Source of the DNA: Vicugna vicugna
Lineage: Eukaryota
NCBI GenBank assembly: GCA_013265495.1
Contig: MU058584.1
Location: 1,152,616-1,216,615 of the forward strand
DNA: 64,000 bases
Direction of reading: 5' to 3'
Below the pieces are notes generated by a model that saw only the letters and a list, made by a program, of their open reading frames with translations, did not search any database and was not told the origin of the DNA. Made by a program: the position numbers and the translations under genes. Each line of letters begins with the position of its first letter. Within the stretch, counting starts at the first letter, position 1. Below, piece by piece: positions 9,501 through 23,693 of the stretch.

Positions 9501-12385
9501 CTTCCTCTCCTGCAGTGCATCTGCTCATGGCCAGACTCAAGTTCATGGATATTTATTGAACCCTCATCCCACGGCCAACGGTGACCTGGGCACCATCGAT
9601 GGGGATGCAGACAAACACACCTGCCGCTTTTCAATGTCTATCTGTGGGCCAGTCATTGTGCATCCACCTTTCATCCTCACAGCAAGGCTCGCTCTGCAGT
9701 TTACCAGGTCAGAGTGCGTGTAGGACCACCCTACGTAATGGCCCTCCCTGTGCACAGGCTAGGGACCGTTTATGCATGGAGGTCATTGCAGAGTTACAAG
9801 GTGGCAAAACAACAACAAAAATGTAGTTAAACATTAGTGACATCAACAGGGAGAAAAGAAACTATTAAAAATGTCTACATCAGCTCCTGAGTGTTTTGCA
9901 ATCGATTATATTATAACCTGTGATAATGCTTATTACTAAATGTATGCGGTTTTATAACATGTTTATTGGTCATTATGGAGACCTACAGTAGGGCCTTAGA
10001 GAATGCTCACATACAGAGGGTGGGCAGAAGTGGGAGCCCTTAGAGAGAGAAGGCAGGGGGAGGATTCAAGGTTGGAAGTTAAAGAAGAAAGTTTTAAGGA
10101 GACCAACTGGTAAGCCAAGTCCAAAGCTGCCCGTGAGTCAGGGGTGAGCCCTTAGCGATAGTTTCAGTGAGGGCGTAAGGTTTCAACCTGATGAAAGGAA
10201 TTAAAGAAGAAACTGAAAGCAGCTACTTTCCATTTCTAGAGGTAACCAATGAAAGCAAGAGGAAAGGACAGGAGTAGATGGGGTGAGGGGCTGGGAGGGT
10301 GTTTTTCATAGTGGAACATGGATAATTATTTGTTCCTAAGGAAAGAGTCCAGAGGGGAAACGAGTAATTAAGAACACTAAAATGGTCACAGAAGCTGGCT
10401 TTGGGCAGCCGGGATAGAGGCAACTTTTTCCTACTTTTTTTTATTGGTTCATTTTTCTTCTAAAGATAAAAATAAAAATATATTTTTAAAGTAGAAGATG
10501 TTTTTCTTTTAAAAGGGGGATTTCTTTTTTTTAAAAGATGAGAGGAGTTAAAAATACCTTTAGCCTGGGGAAGGTCTGTTTTCTCCTCTGAGGTTTATTT
10601 CCTTGTCCTTGAGAAGGATATGGGTAAAAAATACAGAGGAACTTTAAAGCGGGGAGAAGAGAAATCAACTGAGCTCATGCAGAACACAGTCTTCTAGTTA
10701 CAAGGCATGGAAATTTGCCAATTATGAAGAGGTGAGATGGGGTTGAGGGGTGTGGAAAAGGATGGGAAACCTTTAGAGTGATCACTGTTAAAAACGTAGT
10801 AGGGACACAAATATTCTCTATGGATAAGAAAGATTTTTTTTTCCAAAACAATTCAAAGTTGGGGAAGAGAGAAGGGGATGGAAGACAAGAGTAGAAAATA
10901 ATCTAATAAATGTCAGCCCCAGCTTTTCTTCCAAAACTACTTCTCTCTGAATCCCTGTTAAGCCAAATAGTTCTAGTGTCTGGGTGCAATATTAAAGCAG
11001 AGAATCAAAGCAGGAAATGTAGCACTATGTTTATTCTTTTAAGTTAATTCCAACAGATCAGTAACCGCCACGCTGTTTATTTCAAAATAAATAGACTTTT
11101 TGATCTTTTGCTGTAATGAAATGTGGTTCCTATTCCCGACCAGTGCCTGGTGTCTGCCGCTCTACAGTGAATTAGCTTCCCTTTTCTCAATGCAGAAAAC
11201 TCAATTATGCCTCACTTCCGGTGTGGGTTCACTTTGAAGTAATAAAAGGAGGAGAATGAACATATCCACTTAGGTTGATGAAAAAAGATTTAAAAGGAAT
11301 AGCCCGTCTCTCTATCTCCCAACTAACCTGGCTGTATTAATATGAAGGTCATTTGGAGAAAAAGATCGGCCAATTGATACAAACGTTAGATTTAAAAAAA
11401 AATGGAGGTTAAAAGGGATTCCTGTTTTTTTTAGCCACACTTCTGTGATCTCCTCAAAGCCTTAAGGTAGCAGAGTAAAGGACTCTGAGCACATTTGGCT
11501 TTTTGTCTTCCCACTTTCTCGTCTTGATTTTTAGGAGTGTCTCTGTTTTAAAGGGAAGGTGGGGTGTATTCGTCTAGGCTGTGACACAAGGATGCAGTGA
11601 CAGGCTGTGTAGGAAGCAGAGCGATGGTAAACACCGTGAATGCTATGAGTAGTGTCATTAAGTTAATCAGTGCAAAATTGTGGGCTGGATTTACTGCCAT
11701 AACATCTCGATCTTTGGAATTACAGCTTCCCCACAGCCTATGTGGATAGAAGGGTGGGGGGGGAAACACGAGAGGGGACTGTCAGGAATAGCAATGTATG
11801 GATCGGGGGAAAAAGTGCTTGATGTGCATTAAGTAGAAGCATCTTGTCAAGTATTCACTTCTCCTTCAAGGACCAGCCTTCTGTTTCTCTGCTGACCCCT
11901 GAAGGAACAGTATCTTGTAGAAGAAACTATCAGGTGTGAATTTTCTGCCTTGATCCGAGCCATTTCTTGAGGGAAATGCTCCCACTTGTGTCTCCCTGCT
12001 GAGGAAGCAGCCTTGGATACTTCCTTCGCAGGTGGGCATCCAGGGATCATAATGGTTACCTGGCCCAAGGGCAGCAAGTGAACAGGTATTTTCTACCGCA
12101 CTTCCGTAGCGTAAATGATGGATGAAATGGATGGTACCATTTTATAAGATATAGTCTGTCTCTCCAAGCATATCACAAGGCGGGGCCCTATATTTTGTAA
12201 GTATCCTGCCAGTAAACAATATTTTGCTCCATATACAGGAGAGTTAAAAAAAAATCCTATGTACAGAGCAACTCCCTGAGGACGCTTATGATCTTCAATG
12301 AGTAACTGAAGGGGGAGGGCGTCTGTGCCCTTTAAAAATAGCCATCCTCTAGGGGAGAAGGGTGGAATCCGCAATGATGGCTCAC

Positions 12386-12499
12386 CTCTGGGGCCTGGCT
12401 GGCTTCTCCGGCTTCTCGCTGTTGTACGGAATGACAAGGTCAACAGCAGACTCCGGCTTCTGGAGGAGAATCCCCAACTTGAGCTTGATCTCCTTGGCC
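12386..12499 (-). CDS. RGS5: RGS5 coding exon 2 (114 nt; (R)[37 protein letters not shown](R))
   Basis: Acceptor cctcctcctgcag|G, donor GAG|gtgagc. Peptide matches the RGS5 N-terminal amphipathic region [15 protein letters not shown]. Phase 2 at both ends. Confidence 0.96.
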
Positions 12500-13479
12500 C
12501 TGCAGGAGGAGGTGTAAGGAGAAACAAGAGCACTCCATGAGCATAAAGATCCAAGAAAGAGATTTTCTTTCGGTGCCAGAGAAATAAAAATGAACAAAAC
12601 TACATTTCACGATCGTGGCAGAAGAAAACTAATGTAGAAATTGCGACACGTGAGCTCTAACAGCAGTTGTCAAGTTTTCCTTATGCCCCTGGTTCATATG
12701 CAGTACCTCATTTTAATCCTAATTGTTATTTTGTGTGCATTCTTTCACATTATATGTGGGGAATTCTATCGTATTATTCCCATTTTACAAATGAAGAATT
12801 TAATGATAGGAAATTCAAGTAACTGACTTAAGATAACCGGGCCAGTATGTGACGGACATGGGACCAGACCCCCAGGCTGCCTGACTTGAGTTCACAGGTG
12901 GATCTCACTGCATTGTCTGCCGGTCTTCTGAGGGCTCTGCTCCCAGCTCTGCCATTAATTCGATGTAATATTTGAAAAAGTCATCATGTTTTATTGGCAG
13001 ACCTCAGTTTCTTCATCTATAAACTGACAGGGCTAACCTAGATGTTTTCTTCAGTCATTTCCAGCTATAAAACTGATGGTTGCTTCTCTATAAAATGTTC
13101 TTTTGGATGGATTTGATTTTTTTTCCAACCCCTTGCCCACTGTTCCACAATGGCTGTTGTAGTATCTTACAAGCAGTAAGCCTTCCACAGATGCATATTA
13201 ATTACCAATGGACTGGTTATAGCAGCATTATGCTACTCCTTTCTGTCTTCAACACTTTAGTGAATAGATGTGGTCAGAATTCCGGGCACTCCTCCATCTT
13301 AGGGTGCAACTGGTTTCAGATTTGAAAACTAATCTAAGTTACCCATTATTTTATCACGAGTCTGAACTCAAAAAAGCACCAAGCAAATCCTAAACATTAA
13401 TCCATAAGACAAGCCACTGTATCCTGGCAGATCCAGAAAGCTGACCTTTCACTGTCACCTTGGTACTTTACACGTACTT

Positions 13480-13655
13480 TTAAGATAGGATTTATCATAC
13501 TGTGTTATGGTTATTGATTTATGTGTCTGTTTTCCAAACTGGACATAAGATCTCTTTGCAGGTAAGAATTGAGTCTTAAATACCTTCTAACTCCTATGCA
13601 TAGCACAAGGCTTGGCAGCATAGTCAACATTCAGAAATATTTGCCAGAGTGAACT
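13480..13655 (+). mobile_element. L2 3' end fragment
   Basis: actggacataagatctctttgcaggtaagaattgagtc...tagcacaaggcttggcagcatagtcaacattcagaaatatttg resembles the L2 terminus. Confidence 0.5.
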
Positions 13656-16600
13656 AAAAATATCTTAATTTTTGTTCCTCACGCAGCTGCTAACATTCAT
13701 CTCCCAGTCAATGGTGATCAAAGCCAAAGTCTTCAAGAACTGTGATAGGATCCATGTTGTGGCCAGATAGGGTTCTGCCACCGTAAACACACTTTCCTCA
13801 TCCGTTCACACGAGACAGTGATGAGACAATTTAAATACATAAAATGCATAAGATTAGCAATTACGGATATTAAGGGGAAAAGTTAAGTAACTATATTGTA
13901 TAACGTTAAAAGTAAGTGTTGAACTGTGTCATAGGTACCTATGATGAGTGTGATTTTTGAAACTGTGACTTAGAATTAGCCAGTGTCTCTTCCTTTTCAT
14001 TTCTTCCTTCTTCTGTTCCTTTTTTCCTCCAGATAGAGCCAACTCAGCTACCGCGCTACAGGAGAGCAAGTGCAGCTGAGCACAACGTTACGGCTGGCAC
14101 TGAGACTGTTCTACTGAGGGAGCTTATACAAACCATGGGAACAAGAGTACGTGTCACTTTGACCCCAGGCTCCTCAAGCTGCTTAAACTATCTAACACTT
14201 AGGGCTTTTTGCCCAGAAATTGAGACTGATAAAATAGTACATCCTCACAGAACTTGTTGTGACGATGAGATGCGCTCACACATGTGAGTCACTTCGAACA
14301 GCGTTTGGCGCATCACACCGCTTCTTCAGTTAGTTCTAACTGCATAGTCATTTTCCCCAGCCAAATTCAAGCTGAGTTCCCTTGCTTGGAGTACCATACT
14401 AAAGCATCCAGAAATTTCTCACATGTTACTAAGAATTCAAACACCCACCACCCCCTATAGTCTACCTCTGGAGACGGGAATTACCGATTTCATATTTATC
14501 TGAAGGATGCAGAAAACAACATGGAGGTGCAGGGGGAGGGATGCAGGCAATACGTGTGGTCACCCTCTGCTGGCTAGGGTGCAGCGCTGCAGCCAGAAAC
14601 ACCAGGGCGATCTTTTCCATCAGGACACCCAGACCGTGAAGAACTTCACCCCTAATACCTCTCCTTCTAGCTCCATATGCCCCGCACCGCCTTCCTATAA
14701 GGGGAAGGCATGAAGCAACTGTCTGAGTTTCAACCTTGACCCAATAGTTCACTCAGCAATATTTAGATAAAGATGATCTGTTTTATGAATGTTTCTCTAT
14801 GCTTGTATTTTCAGTTGATTCTTTAGATTTTTGTTTTGCCTTTTTCTCCCCCTCTCAAGTTCTGTTTCTTTATCCTTTTACTCTTTTGCTCCATTTGAGC
14901 CACGTGCTTTTATAAAAAGGCAGAGAGATATTTGTAATTGATTCCTAGGGAAAGAGCAAGTTGGACATGAAGAAGTCATTTGAATGAAGGGGTTGAGCAT
15001 TTTTAAACTTCATTTATTCGTTACTACTTTCCTCCTTGGTCACGTTTACTGTGTCATTAGTACACAGTAAACACACCACACATTCACAGGGTTCGGTCCT
15101 TGCCTGCAAGGTTCTTATACCCTCAAACTTGCAAACAATTCCAAGCAGCTATTCAAGAAGACGATGCCCAGAGAGCAACAGAGCACTGGTGGAGGACCCC
15201 GGTGTCCAAAAGGGTGAGTCAGGGGGCTTCTCAGAAGAGGCAAGGGTGGAACAGCTTTTAGCCAAATGGACAGGAAAAGGATGGGATTTCTAAGTAGAAA
15301 GAGAAGAATGTGCATATTGTTTGAAGGGATGTAAAAGTGGTTCTGTACTACCTGAGTGTAAAGTGTGATTAAGGGGAGCAGAAAGCCGTGTTGGATGAAG
15401 CCTGCTCACTCTGCCTCCCCTTCCTGAGGGAGGGAAGGATGATGGAGGAACCTCTGTACTGTACACAGCCTTCAGCAAAATTGGTATGAAAACAAAAATG
15501 AGGTGAAACTATTGAAAGATGCCTTCAAAGACTCTCTATGTGAGAAGATGGCATCGTAGCTTACAAACTCAATCTGTTTCCCATTTTTCTTTTGCTAACT
15601 TTTATAGGATGCTTTTTCCCGTAAAAATGGTGTCTCTAAATTCTGATTAAATTCTCAAAAAGACATCCCACAGAAGCCTTTTCAAACCAGAATAAATCAG
15701 AACCCTAGTATGATTTTATCTGTATCACTATTTAAGTTGTTTTTCTGTGAGATAATCTAGAAATCAGCTACTATTTATAACATTGCCTATAGAAAATCGT
15801 ATTCCACTTCCTTAGGGTAGAGCAGCATACCAGAACTTCACATTACTCTTCTCCTCATGCTTGCCCTGGGGATGGAAGGGAGAAAGGAAAAGCAGTGCTT
15901 TGGAAAATACTTCTTTCTGTGGTTTAGCATAGGTTCAAATTATAGGACATTAAAATGTTACGGTACGTAAGTCAGGAAGTCCATTTGGTTGAGTTAGGAG
16001 TTTGAGAGAACACAGAGAATGAATACAGTTACTGTCTCCCTTCCTATAAGATAGTAAAAGTCTAAAAGCTGAAGGGTTGACTGATGCTGAAGTCCCAACC
16101 ACTTGAAACGCTTTACTCATTTTGTAGTAATAAACAGTGTTACTACGTTTGTTTTTCTCTTTCAGAGTTACTGGAATGCTGCTTCATTCCCCGTCTCTGC
16201 TTCCTCTGCATCATAGCAACACATGCAATTGTGGGAATGAAAACAAACAAATGGAAAACCAAATAAAACAAAAGCTCAAACCTACCATTTTATTTTTCCC
16301 GTTAAAAAGTAGATTTCAATGTATCTGACATTCATTAATGTCAAAAACAATTCCACCCAGATAATAAAACTTCCTAATGTGTTTATGATTTCAGCTCAGT
16401 CCCTGGCTCTATTTGACCGCCCACCAGGCAGTTTTCCTGGTTACATGACATGAATGCTTGTTAACAAGAAGTGATCCTTATCTCTTCTCAGCTCACCCCC
16501 AACCTTGTCATCCTTTGGTTTTACAAAGAAAAACTTGTTTTGAAATAAAATCATTGGAAATGCCTCGGTGAAATTTTAATTAAGGGTTCAGAGGAAGACA

Positions 16601-17079
16601 ATCCTTTCACTGGATGACTCACATCAGTGATTTCAAACTGAAAAGAGTTTGAATAATTATAGGGCTGTACAATTTTAAATCTGTGCCCTGTGTGGGCATG
16701 CTTTCAAACAGCTCTGGGCCATCTCGGTCCTTCCGGCTAATGGGTGAATTGAGTGAAAGTTATTACCTTAAGATGAACAAGTGTGGAAAACAGTTCAAGC
16801 AATCACTAAAACAAAAACAGAGCAGAATTTTTAAAAATACAATTATATTTAAGTAAAATTTATCCATAACCAACTATAGATAAAGTCCTGTGCCAGGTGT
16901 TTCAAGGATTACAAAGATGTCCCTTGCCTTGGAGACATGTGGAACAAGTGAATGCAGGACACGTACATGTAAACTATGTGCTAGACATTTTTCTAGTCTC
17001 TGATATAAGTGAACAAGATATATTGATGAAGGAACATAGAGCTCAAATGTGATCGTGTGAAGACAAGATATGGGACAAG

Positions 17080-17633
17080 AGCCAAGACATGGAAGCAACC
17101 TAAGTGTTCATTGACAGACGACTGGATAAAGAAATCATGGTGTATTTATACAATGAAATACTATTCAGGCATAAAAAAGAATAAAATAACGCCATTTGCA
17201 GCAACATGAATGGGCCTAGAGATCATCATTCTAAGTGAAGTAAGCCAGAAAGAGAAAGAAAAATGCCATATGATATCACTCATATGTGGAATCTAAAAAA
17301 AAAGAGAAAAAGAGGACACTATGAACTCATCCACAAAACAGAAACAGACTCATGGACATAGTGAACAATCCTATGGTTACTGAGGGAAAAAGGGTGGGGA
17401 AGGGATAAATTTGGGAGTCTGAGATTTGCAAATGTTAGCCACTGTATGTAAAAATGGATAAAATAAACAAGTTTCTTCTGTATAGCACAGGAAACTATGT
17501 TCAACGTCTTGTAATAACTTTTAATGAAAAAGAATATGAAAACGAATATATGTATGTGTATGCATGACTGGGACACTGTGCTGAACACCAGAAACTGACA
17601 CATTGCAACTGACTATACTTCAAAAAAAAAAAA
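17080..17633 (+). mobile_element. L1 3' end (ORF2 C-terminus + 3' UTR + poly-A), cetartiodactyl-type
   Basis: gccaagacatggaagcaacctaagtg...gccatttgcagcaacatg...ctaagtgaagtaagccaga...ctgtatagcacagg...actatacttc(A)n. Confidence 0.9.
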
Positions 17634-17689
17634 GGAAAGACAGGCTAAGGGAGACACATGCTCTGACAGCTGCCCCTGGTGTACTCACA

Positions 17690-17910
17690 GAGCCCTCTGT
17701 GTTTTCCCTTCGTGGCCTTTATCAATTTGCATTGTATCTCTGTGTAGTTATCTGAATATTATCTACCTTTCCCATTAGAATGTCGGGTCCCCAGTACTTG
17801 TCTTGTTCACAATTCCAGTCTCAGTGCTTAGCTCAGGGCCTGGCACTTAATAGGCATTCAATAAAGATTTACTATGTAAGTTGATGAATCAATAAATGAA
17901 TGAATGAATT
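17690..17910 (+). mobile_element. L2 3' end
   Basis: cttgtcttgttcac...gcctggcacttaataggcattcaataaag...(tgaa)n tail. Confidence 0.7.
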
Positions 17911-20624
17911 GAATTTCTAGGTTATAGTAAAACTGCACTTTGGAGTGGGTGGGTGAGAGATTGGGGTGAGGCACAAAATAAGTCACTGAGGACTAGGATG
18001 TCTCTGAGGCGACTGACTGGGGAGAAGGGAAGCCACTGAATGATTGCAAGGAGTCCAACTGAATTCTCTCTCTGTCTGCAGAGAGGTTGGAAACAGACAA
18101 GAGGGAGCTCAAACTGAGTATGCTCATTCTGCCTCACCACAGATAGGACACGTTCTGATGAGAAGAGGCAGGGAGGGTAATTACAACCACTAACAGTCTG
18201 ATCGGCATCCATTATGAGATCAAGATTTATCAGGACTCAGTTAAAAGAAATAGAAGTAGCCCCGAGGCGAAGGCCAGTCCTGTGGTTGGACATGTGTCGA
18301 GGACAGTCAAGAAGAAATAAAAGATTGAGCGATGTTGCGAAGTAAAGGACAGGGGTTTTACAACACATTTCCAAAAGAGATGTTCCAGTATGTCCCACGT
18401 CAAGGACAATCCAACTTGAATTCAATCCAAGTGAAATCTGTGTTGCAGATGCCCCCTGCTGGCTGTGGGAAGAAGTGAGCATCAGGCTGCTGCCTTCTGA
18501 AGAAATATCACAAAGATTGTCTCCACAGGAGTGAAAAGGACATGCCCTCTAAAAATGTAATAAATATCCATTAAAGATAAATAAACATTTATAAAACACT
18601 TAGCAGTGAGACCCGGCAGCTGGAGTGTACGGGCAGCTGGATCTGAACAGCAAAGGAAGAAAAGAGCGCCTCTGAGTTCTTGCCTGTGGCTGAGATCGGA
18701 GTCACGTGGACAGAACCCCAGCAGAGGCTGAGGAGGGAAGGGAGCCCTGAGGGTGTGTGTTCACTGCGCTGGACCCATCGAGGGCAGTTCATTTGGTTGA
18801 AGCCTGGAAAAGCCTTCTTGTTGGCTGCTCACTTAAAACTTGAGATCAGTGGAATCTGTTACTGATACATGGATCATGAAAGATTGGGGTTTATAATTGA
18901 TCTTGAAAACCCTTAGTAGAATATAAGAAAATATCAGTGGAAAAATCAGGTCAACTCTAGAACTGAAATTCTCACCTCCCCAGGATCCTCCAAACACGGC
19001 TCCTTAAAATCAAGATTTACTCTCAAGTGTGGGGAGAGAATGTAACAGTTTGGCATCTACTGTTTCCCTAATTTAACCTATTTCTATGTGAACTAAAGAA
19101 TGTCCACTCATTGCTTATGTCTTAGCAGAAAATGAAAGAGTGGTTTCCTCATGCTGTGTTAAAGTATGCACTTTTTTTAACCTGACATAACTTAATATAC
19201 GATACATTATGGAAAATGACTCTATGGTTAGTTAATATGAAATATTCCTCAGTGGTCCAAATGACAGATGAAGAAAATTCTAAAGAATATATTATTATTA
19301 TTATTACTACTATTACTATTATTATTATTTATGTATTAAGCTGTAACTCCAGAAATGACAGCTCTTTCCAAACACAGTTGAATCATTCCCTGGTGGTGCC
19401 TTAAGGTTTTCACTCATATTAGTCATTAATTAAACAACAAGCCATGTCAGACTGTAAGATGGCCAAAACAATGTAGAATTACGATGTCAGTTGTGTCAAA
19501 CGCATGCACAGAAGGCGCACTTGTCTATTAAACCCTTCCAACCCTTTGTCTTCTAACGTCTCCTTTCTGTAAGTTCTCCTAATAACAGCTACCTTCATTC
19601 TTATGTTCAAGCTCCTACCTCAGCTGCCCCGGCTTAACTCCCGGTCAGGGCCCCTCACAGGCAAACTGCAGTCAAAGACCAGGGAATCCCATCTCCAAGC
19701 TGCCTCAACTTCACAAGATGGCAGCTGAGATAGAAAACACCGGCCTTGGCAGCGTCTCCTCTTGCTCACTTATTTATTCAACAAATTAAAAGTGTATTTA
19801 TTAAACGCTCGCCATGTGCCATAGACCATCATAGGTTTTGGAATCCAGTGAAACAAGAAGGCAAGTTCCTCTCGTGGAGTTTATATTCCAGTTGGGCCAA
19901 GACAAACACAAAATAAGGAATCCAAACAATGAAACGACAAACTCCAGCTGGTTTGTAATCACCGCAGGGTGACACCATGGAAGCGTTAGCTTCAGCTATT
20001 TGTCCTAATCCCGGCGGTGGTCAGCAGGCTTTTTAAAAAAGGCCACACTCCATAGATGGCTGCCGTGGGTGTCCCCGCTGTCCGCGCAGAGAGCAACACC
20101 AGACACTCTGACAATTAGCAAAGCATGTTAGAAATGAGGTTTGACGTGTGAATTTGTTCACTAAGTAATCGGTTCCCTCCAGTTACAATAATGACTCTCA
20201 GGTCATTTTTACTGGAGACACACCCATTCCATAGAAAAGTTATACAAATGTAATTAGCTCTTGGATGGCTCCTGTGGCTTGATCCCAGGCCTTGATTTGG
20301 AGATTTCTTATTGCCTGATACCAACTACAAGGGTATCAGAATCGCACCTCAGAATATTAATGACTGAGTGAAACTTTCTTACAAGTTATAGTCAGAGCAC
20401 AAAGCATTAGGCCTTTACTAAGATCACAGAACCAGCTGTATTAATATTTTGCACCGGCTTGTCAACAACTATTTGCCTAAATAAATATGGCACAGTTGGC
20501 TTTCATTATATGTACAGTGGTCTTGCTTTCATACGCTGGTCGTGAAGTCGTGGAGCGATAACCAACCATCACCCACCACTATCCATTAATAGCTACAGTT
20601 ATCTACCAAAAATAACCTAAGAGT

Positions 20625-20810
20625 TCGGCATGAATTTATTGATTTAGACTAGTTTTCAATAGCCACTTACTATCTTTGGGATCTTATGCAAGTTAGATAA
20701 TGTCTCTTGGCCTCAGTTCTGTCATCTGTAAAATGGGGACAACATTAGTGCCTGCTGTGAAAATTTCTGTGAGGAGTGCATGAGGTGATGCATGTAAAAG
20801 TTACACAGTA
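20625..20810 (+). mobile_element. MIR SINE
   Basis: gcaagttagataatgtctcttggcctcagttctgtcatctgtaaaatgggg core. Confidence 0.7.
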
Positions 20811-22549
20811 ACCGTCATCATCGTCACCTTCATCACCATCATCACCGCTGCCATCTTCTACCACCTACTGTTACAGTTCGCAGCAGTTTCCCTTAACTTC
20901 TGGGACATTAACATTTGATGTGTTAAGCTCATTTTCTCTTCATTGGATGAATGCATTCTATGCTTTAAACACTACTCTCCTGGGAAAATCACAAGATCCT
21001 GAAGTGAGAGAACTAGGAAAACTCAGAAGCAATTTCTGGTGACTCCATGCTGGGAAAGAAGGAAAGCTACATGGTAAAAGCCAGGAAGGTACTGGGTTGC
21101 AAAGCAGTGATGGAAAAAGAGAGACCCTGATGCACACAGAGGCACATCTATCTCTGCAGCACTCTGTTTGCTCCCAGTTCGTGAAATGCAGGCTGGACAT
21201 GGGCAGGTGGATAGAGCCTGGCCCTACCTGATGCTGCTTCCTCTTCCTCAGTTACCTGGGGGAGAAACACTCTCACTTCCCACATCCCTGATATTTCCAA
21301 GTATGGAAGAGCATGTGAAGTTACAGCGGTTCCATTTTAAGCACACAATCCCTGAATCTAGATGCAAGGACTCCTTCCATGGGCAAAAAGTTACTCCTCA
21401 TGGCACACAAGCAGGAAACAGGTGATCTGAGGCAACTCTCTAAAATAACAATAATAATAACAATAATAATGTATAAAATATTAATTTATTGAGATGTCAA
21501 TTCATGTTTTCCTCTTCTTATTGTTTTCCTTCTAATTTTCAAGAAGGTAGCTAGGCATTTGTGCTTTCTTAGCTCTGAGGCAGTTAGTTGCATGGAAAGA
21601 CCAAAAGCAGGTATTGACTGAAATAGTATCCCATTTCTGACCTTTGTTTTCCAAGACCTTAAACTCGCTGGGGAGATATGCTGGCTTGTTCCCAGAGAGA
21701 AGAACTGCTTTTGATGAGTGGTAAAGGAAGAGGCAGGAGGGAAAAAAAAAGAGAGAGAAAAGAGGGAATCCCCGAGGTAAGAGCGGAAGACTGTGGTTTA
21801 GGGTTCTCTAATTAACCAACACCCACTCTCCCATGCCACACACACCTTTGCAGGACTCCAGGGAGGTGGCTGGACCACAGAGGGAGACAGTTGTATGGTG
21901 CCCATAATGGGACTTTCCTCTTAGCCCCCGAGCTCCCAGCTTCACCCAAGCCGATACCCAGACCCAAGCAAGGGTTCCTGGAATGACTTCAAGGCACTGT
22001 GAAGCTTCAGATGAGAAAGATAAAAGAAATGATGTATCCATTTAAAGGTTTTTCAAAAGCCAGCCACCTAACAGTGTGAAAAAGCCCCCCGCCCTGAAAA
22101 AATTCAGGAAGTGCTCAGGAGAACTTACTAACCCTATTATGATGAAACCATGGAAACAGTGAACTCAATGTGGCAAACTTCCCATGGCTGAAGAAAATTC
22201 ATCAAGAAAAGACAAAACCAGCTGTTCCGGATAACAGCTAAGTCATATGATTCCGAGATTTGTCCAGATGATTTCACAAGATGCTTTCCAGATCTCGAGC
22301 CCATTATTAGTCACAAGCAATGTGCTGGATTGTGTTCAGTCTCTCCCCCTGCACTTGGCAGAGAAAATGTCCAACTCCTAACTGTGGCAAAACCCCTATC
22401 TCAACTTATATAATTGGAAGAGTTTGCAAAACAACTAGGGTAGAGGTGAAAAGGCTATTCCTGGAGAGAAAGTGATGTGGAACACTGAGCTCTCCCCTAG
22501 AAAATCTGGTTAATGCCCAAACTAAGCAATTTTTCCTAAAAAGCAATAG

Positions 22550-22792
22550 ACAGTATAGCACAGTGGTTAAGGGCATGGATACTGAAGTCAAACTGAGCAT
22601 TATTTATCTTACTACACGTGTGACTTTTGCCAAGTTTTGAAACCCTACCTGGCTTCAGTTTTCTTGTCTGTAAAATGGAGATAATGATGGGCACTTACCT
22701 CAGAAGGTTCTCAGAATGATGAAATGGGCTATTCCATGGGAAGCCCTTATATTAATGCCTAGCACACTGAGCATGCACTCCACAAATAACAG
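22550..22792 (+). mobile_element. MIR SINE, near full length
   Basis: cagtatagcacagtggttaagggcatgg head; cttcagttttcttgtctgtaaaatggagataatga core. Confidence 0.75.
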
Positions 22793-23536
22793 GGATGGTG
22801 GTGGTGGTGGCGGTGGTGATGATCTCCTTACAGAAAATCCTGGGCCAATGAAGGCCAATGTCTAGCTTATTTACAGAAAAAAAAAAATGATAACTCAACA
22901 TAGACTGTATCGGTAGGAAGGAATCTTAGAGGAGAGACAGTAAACAGAGAAAAATTTACCCTATTTTCAACTCGGTCACTAGTTTGCTGGGTGATCTTGA
23001 GGAAGTTATGTGAGTTCTCTTTCAGTTAAAAATAAGAAAAGAGAGAGAGGAAGGAAGGAAAGAAGGAAAGAAGGAAGTCTGTTTAGTGATCAACCTCTAA
23101 TATCTTCTCTATTATAAACTAGTATTTCCATATTATTCACACTAAACAGTTTTATAATGTAAATGAGAAAGTGAGGACCTGAGATGAGAAATGACTTGTG
23201 AATTGTACCATGGATGCCTTCTATTCCATCCTCTTTCCAACATCCCATTTTTATCTTTAATTACAATACTCTTCATCTTCTCGTAATTTATAAACTCTCT
23301 GATTCACATTAAACTGTTCATCTTCTTCATTCCCAACAGCTAATCTGTCACAAATGTTGCTCTTTATCCCTAGAAAATTATTTTAAATGTGCCTTTTCTT
23401 CTCCATAGCTAAATGAAGCAGCTTTCTCCAGGCCTGAATCTCTGGGACGTGCCCCCTTTACTACATGCATGCTCCGCTCACTATCAGAGCATAAACAAGC
23501 TCTTACTTGCTTGTAATGACTCTGTATCATTTACCA

Positions 23537-23693
23537 CAAAGACTCTCAGACTTGAACATGCACCCCCAACACCAGGAGATCTGGTTAAAACACAGGCTTC
23601 TGGGCCCCATCCCAGAGTTCCTCCTTCAAGAGGTCTGAAGTGCGACTGGAGAATTTATATTTCCAGTCCAGGACCACATGGGGAGAGTCACTG
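23537..23693 (+). mobile_element. MER5A-like hAT-Charlie MITE
   Basis: ggagatctggttaaaacacaggcttctgggccccatcccagagtt...aggtctg...gagaatttatatttc...ggaccacatggggagagtcactg. Confidence 0.7.
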
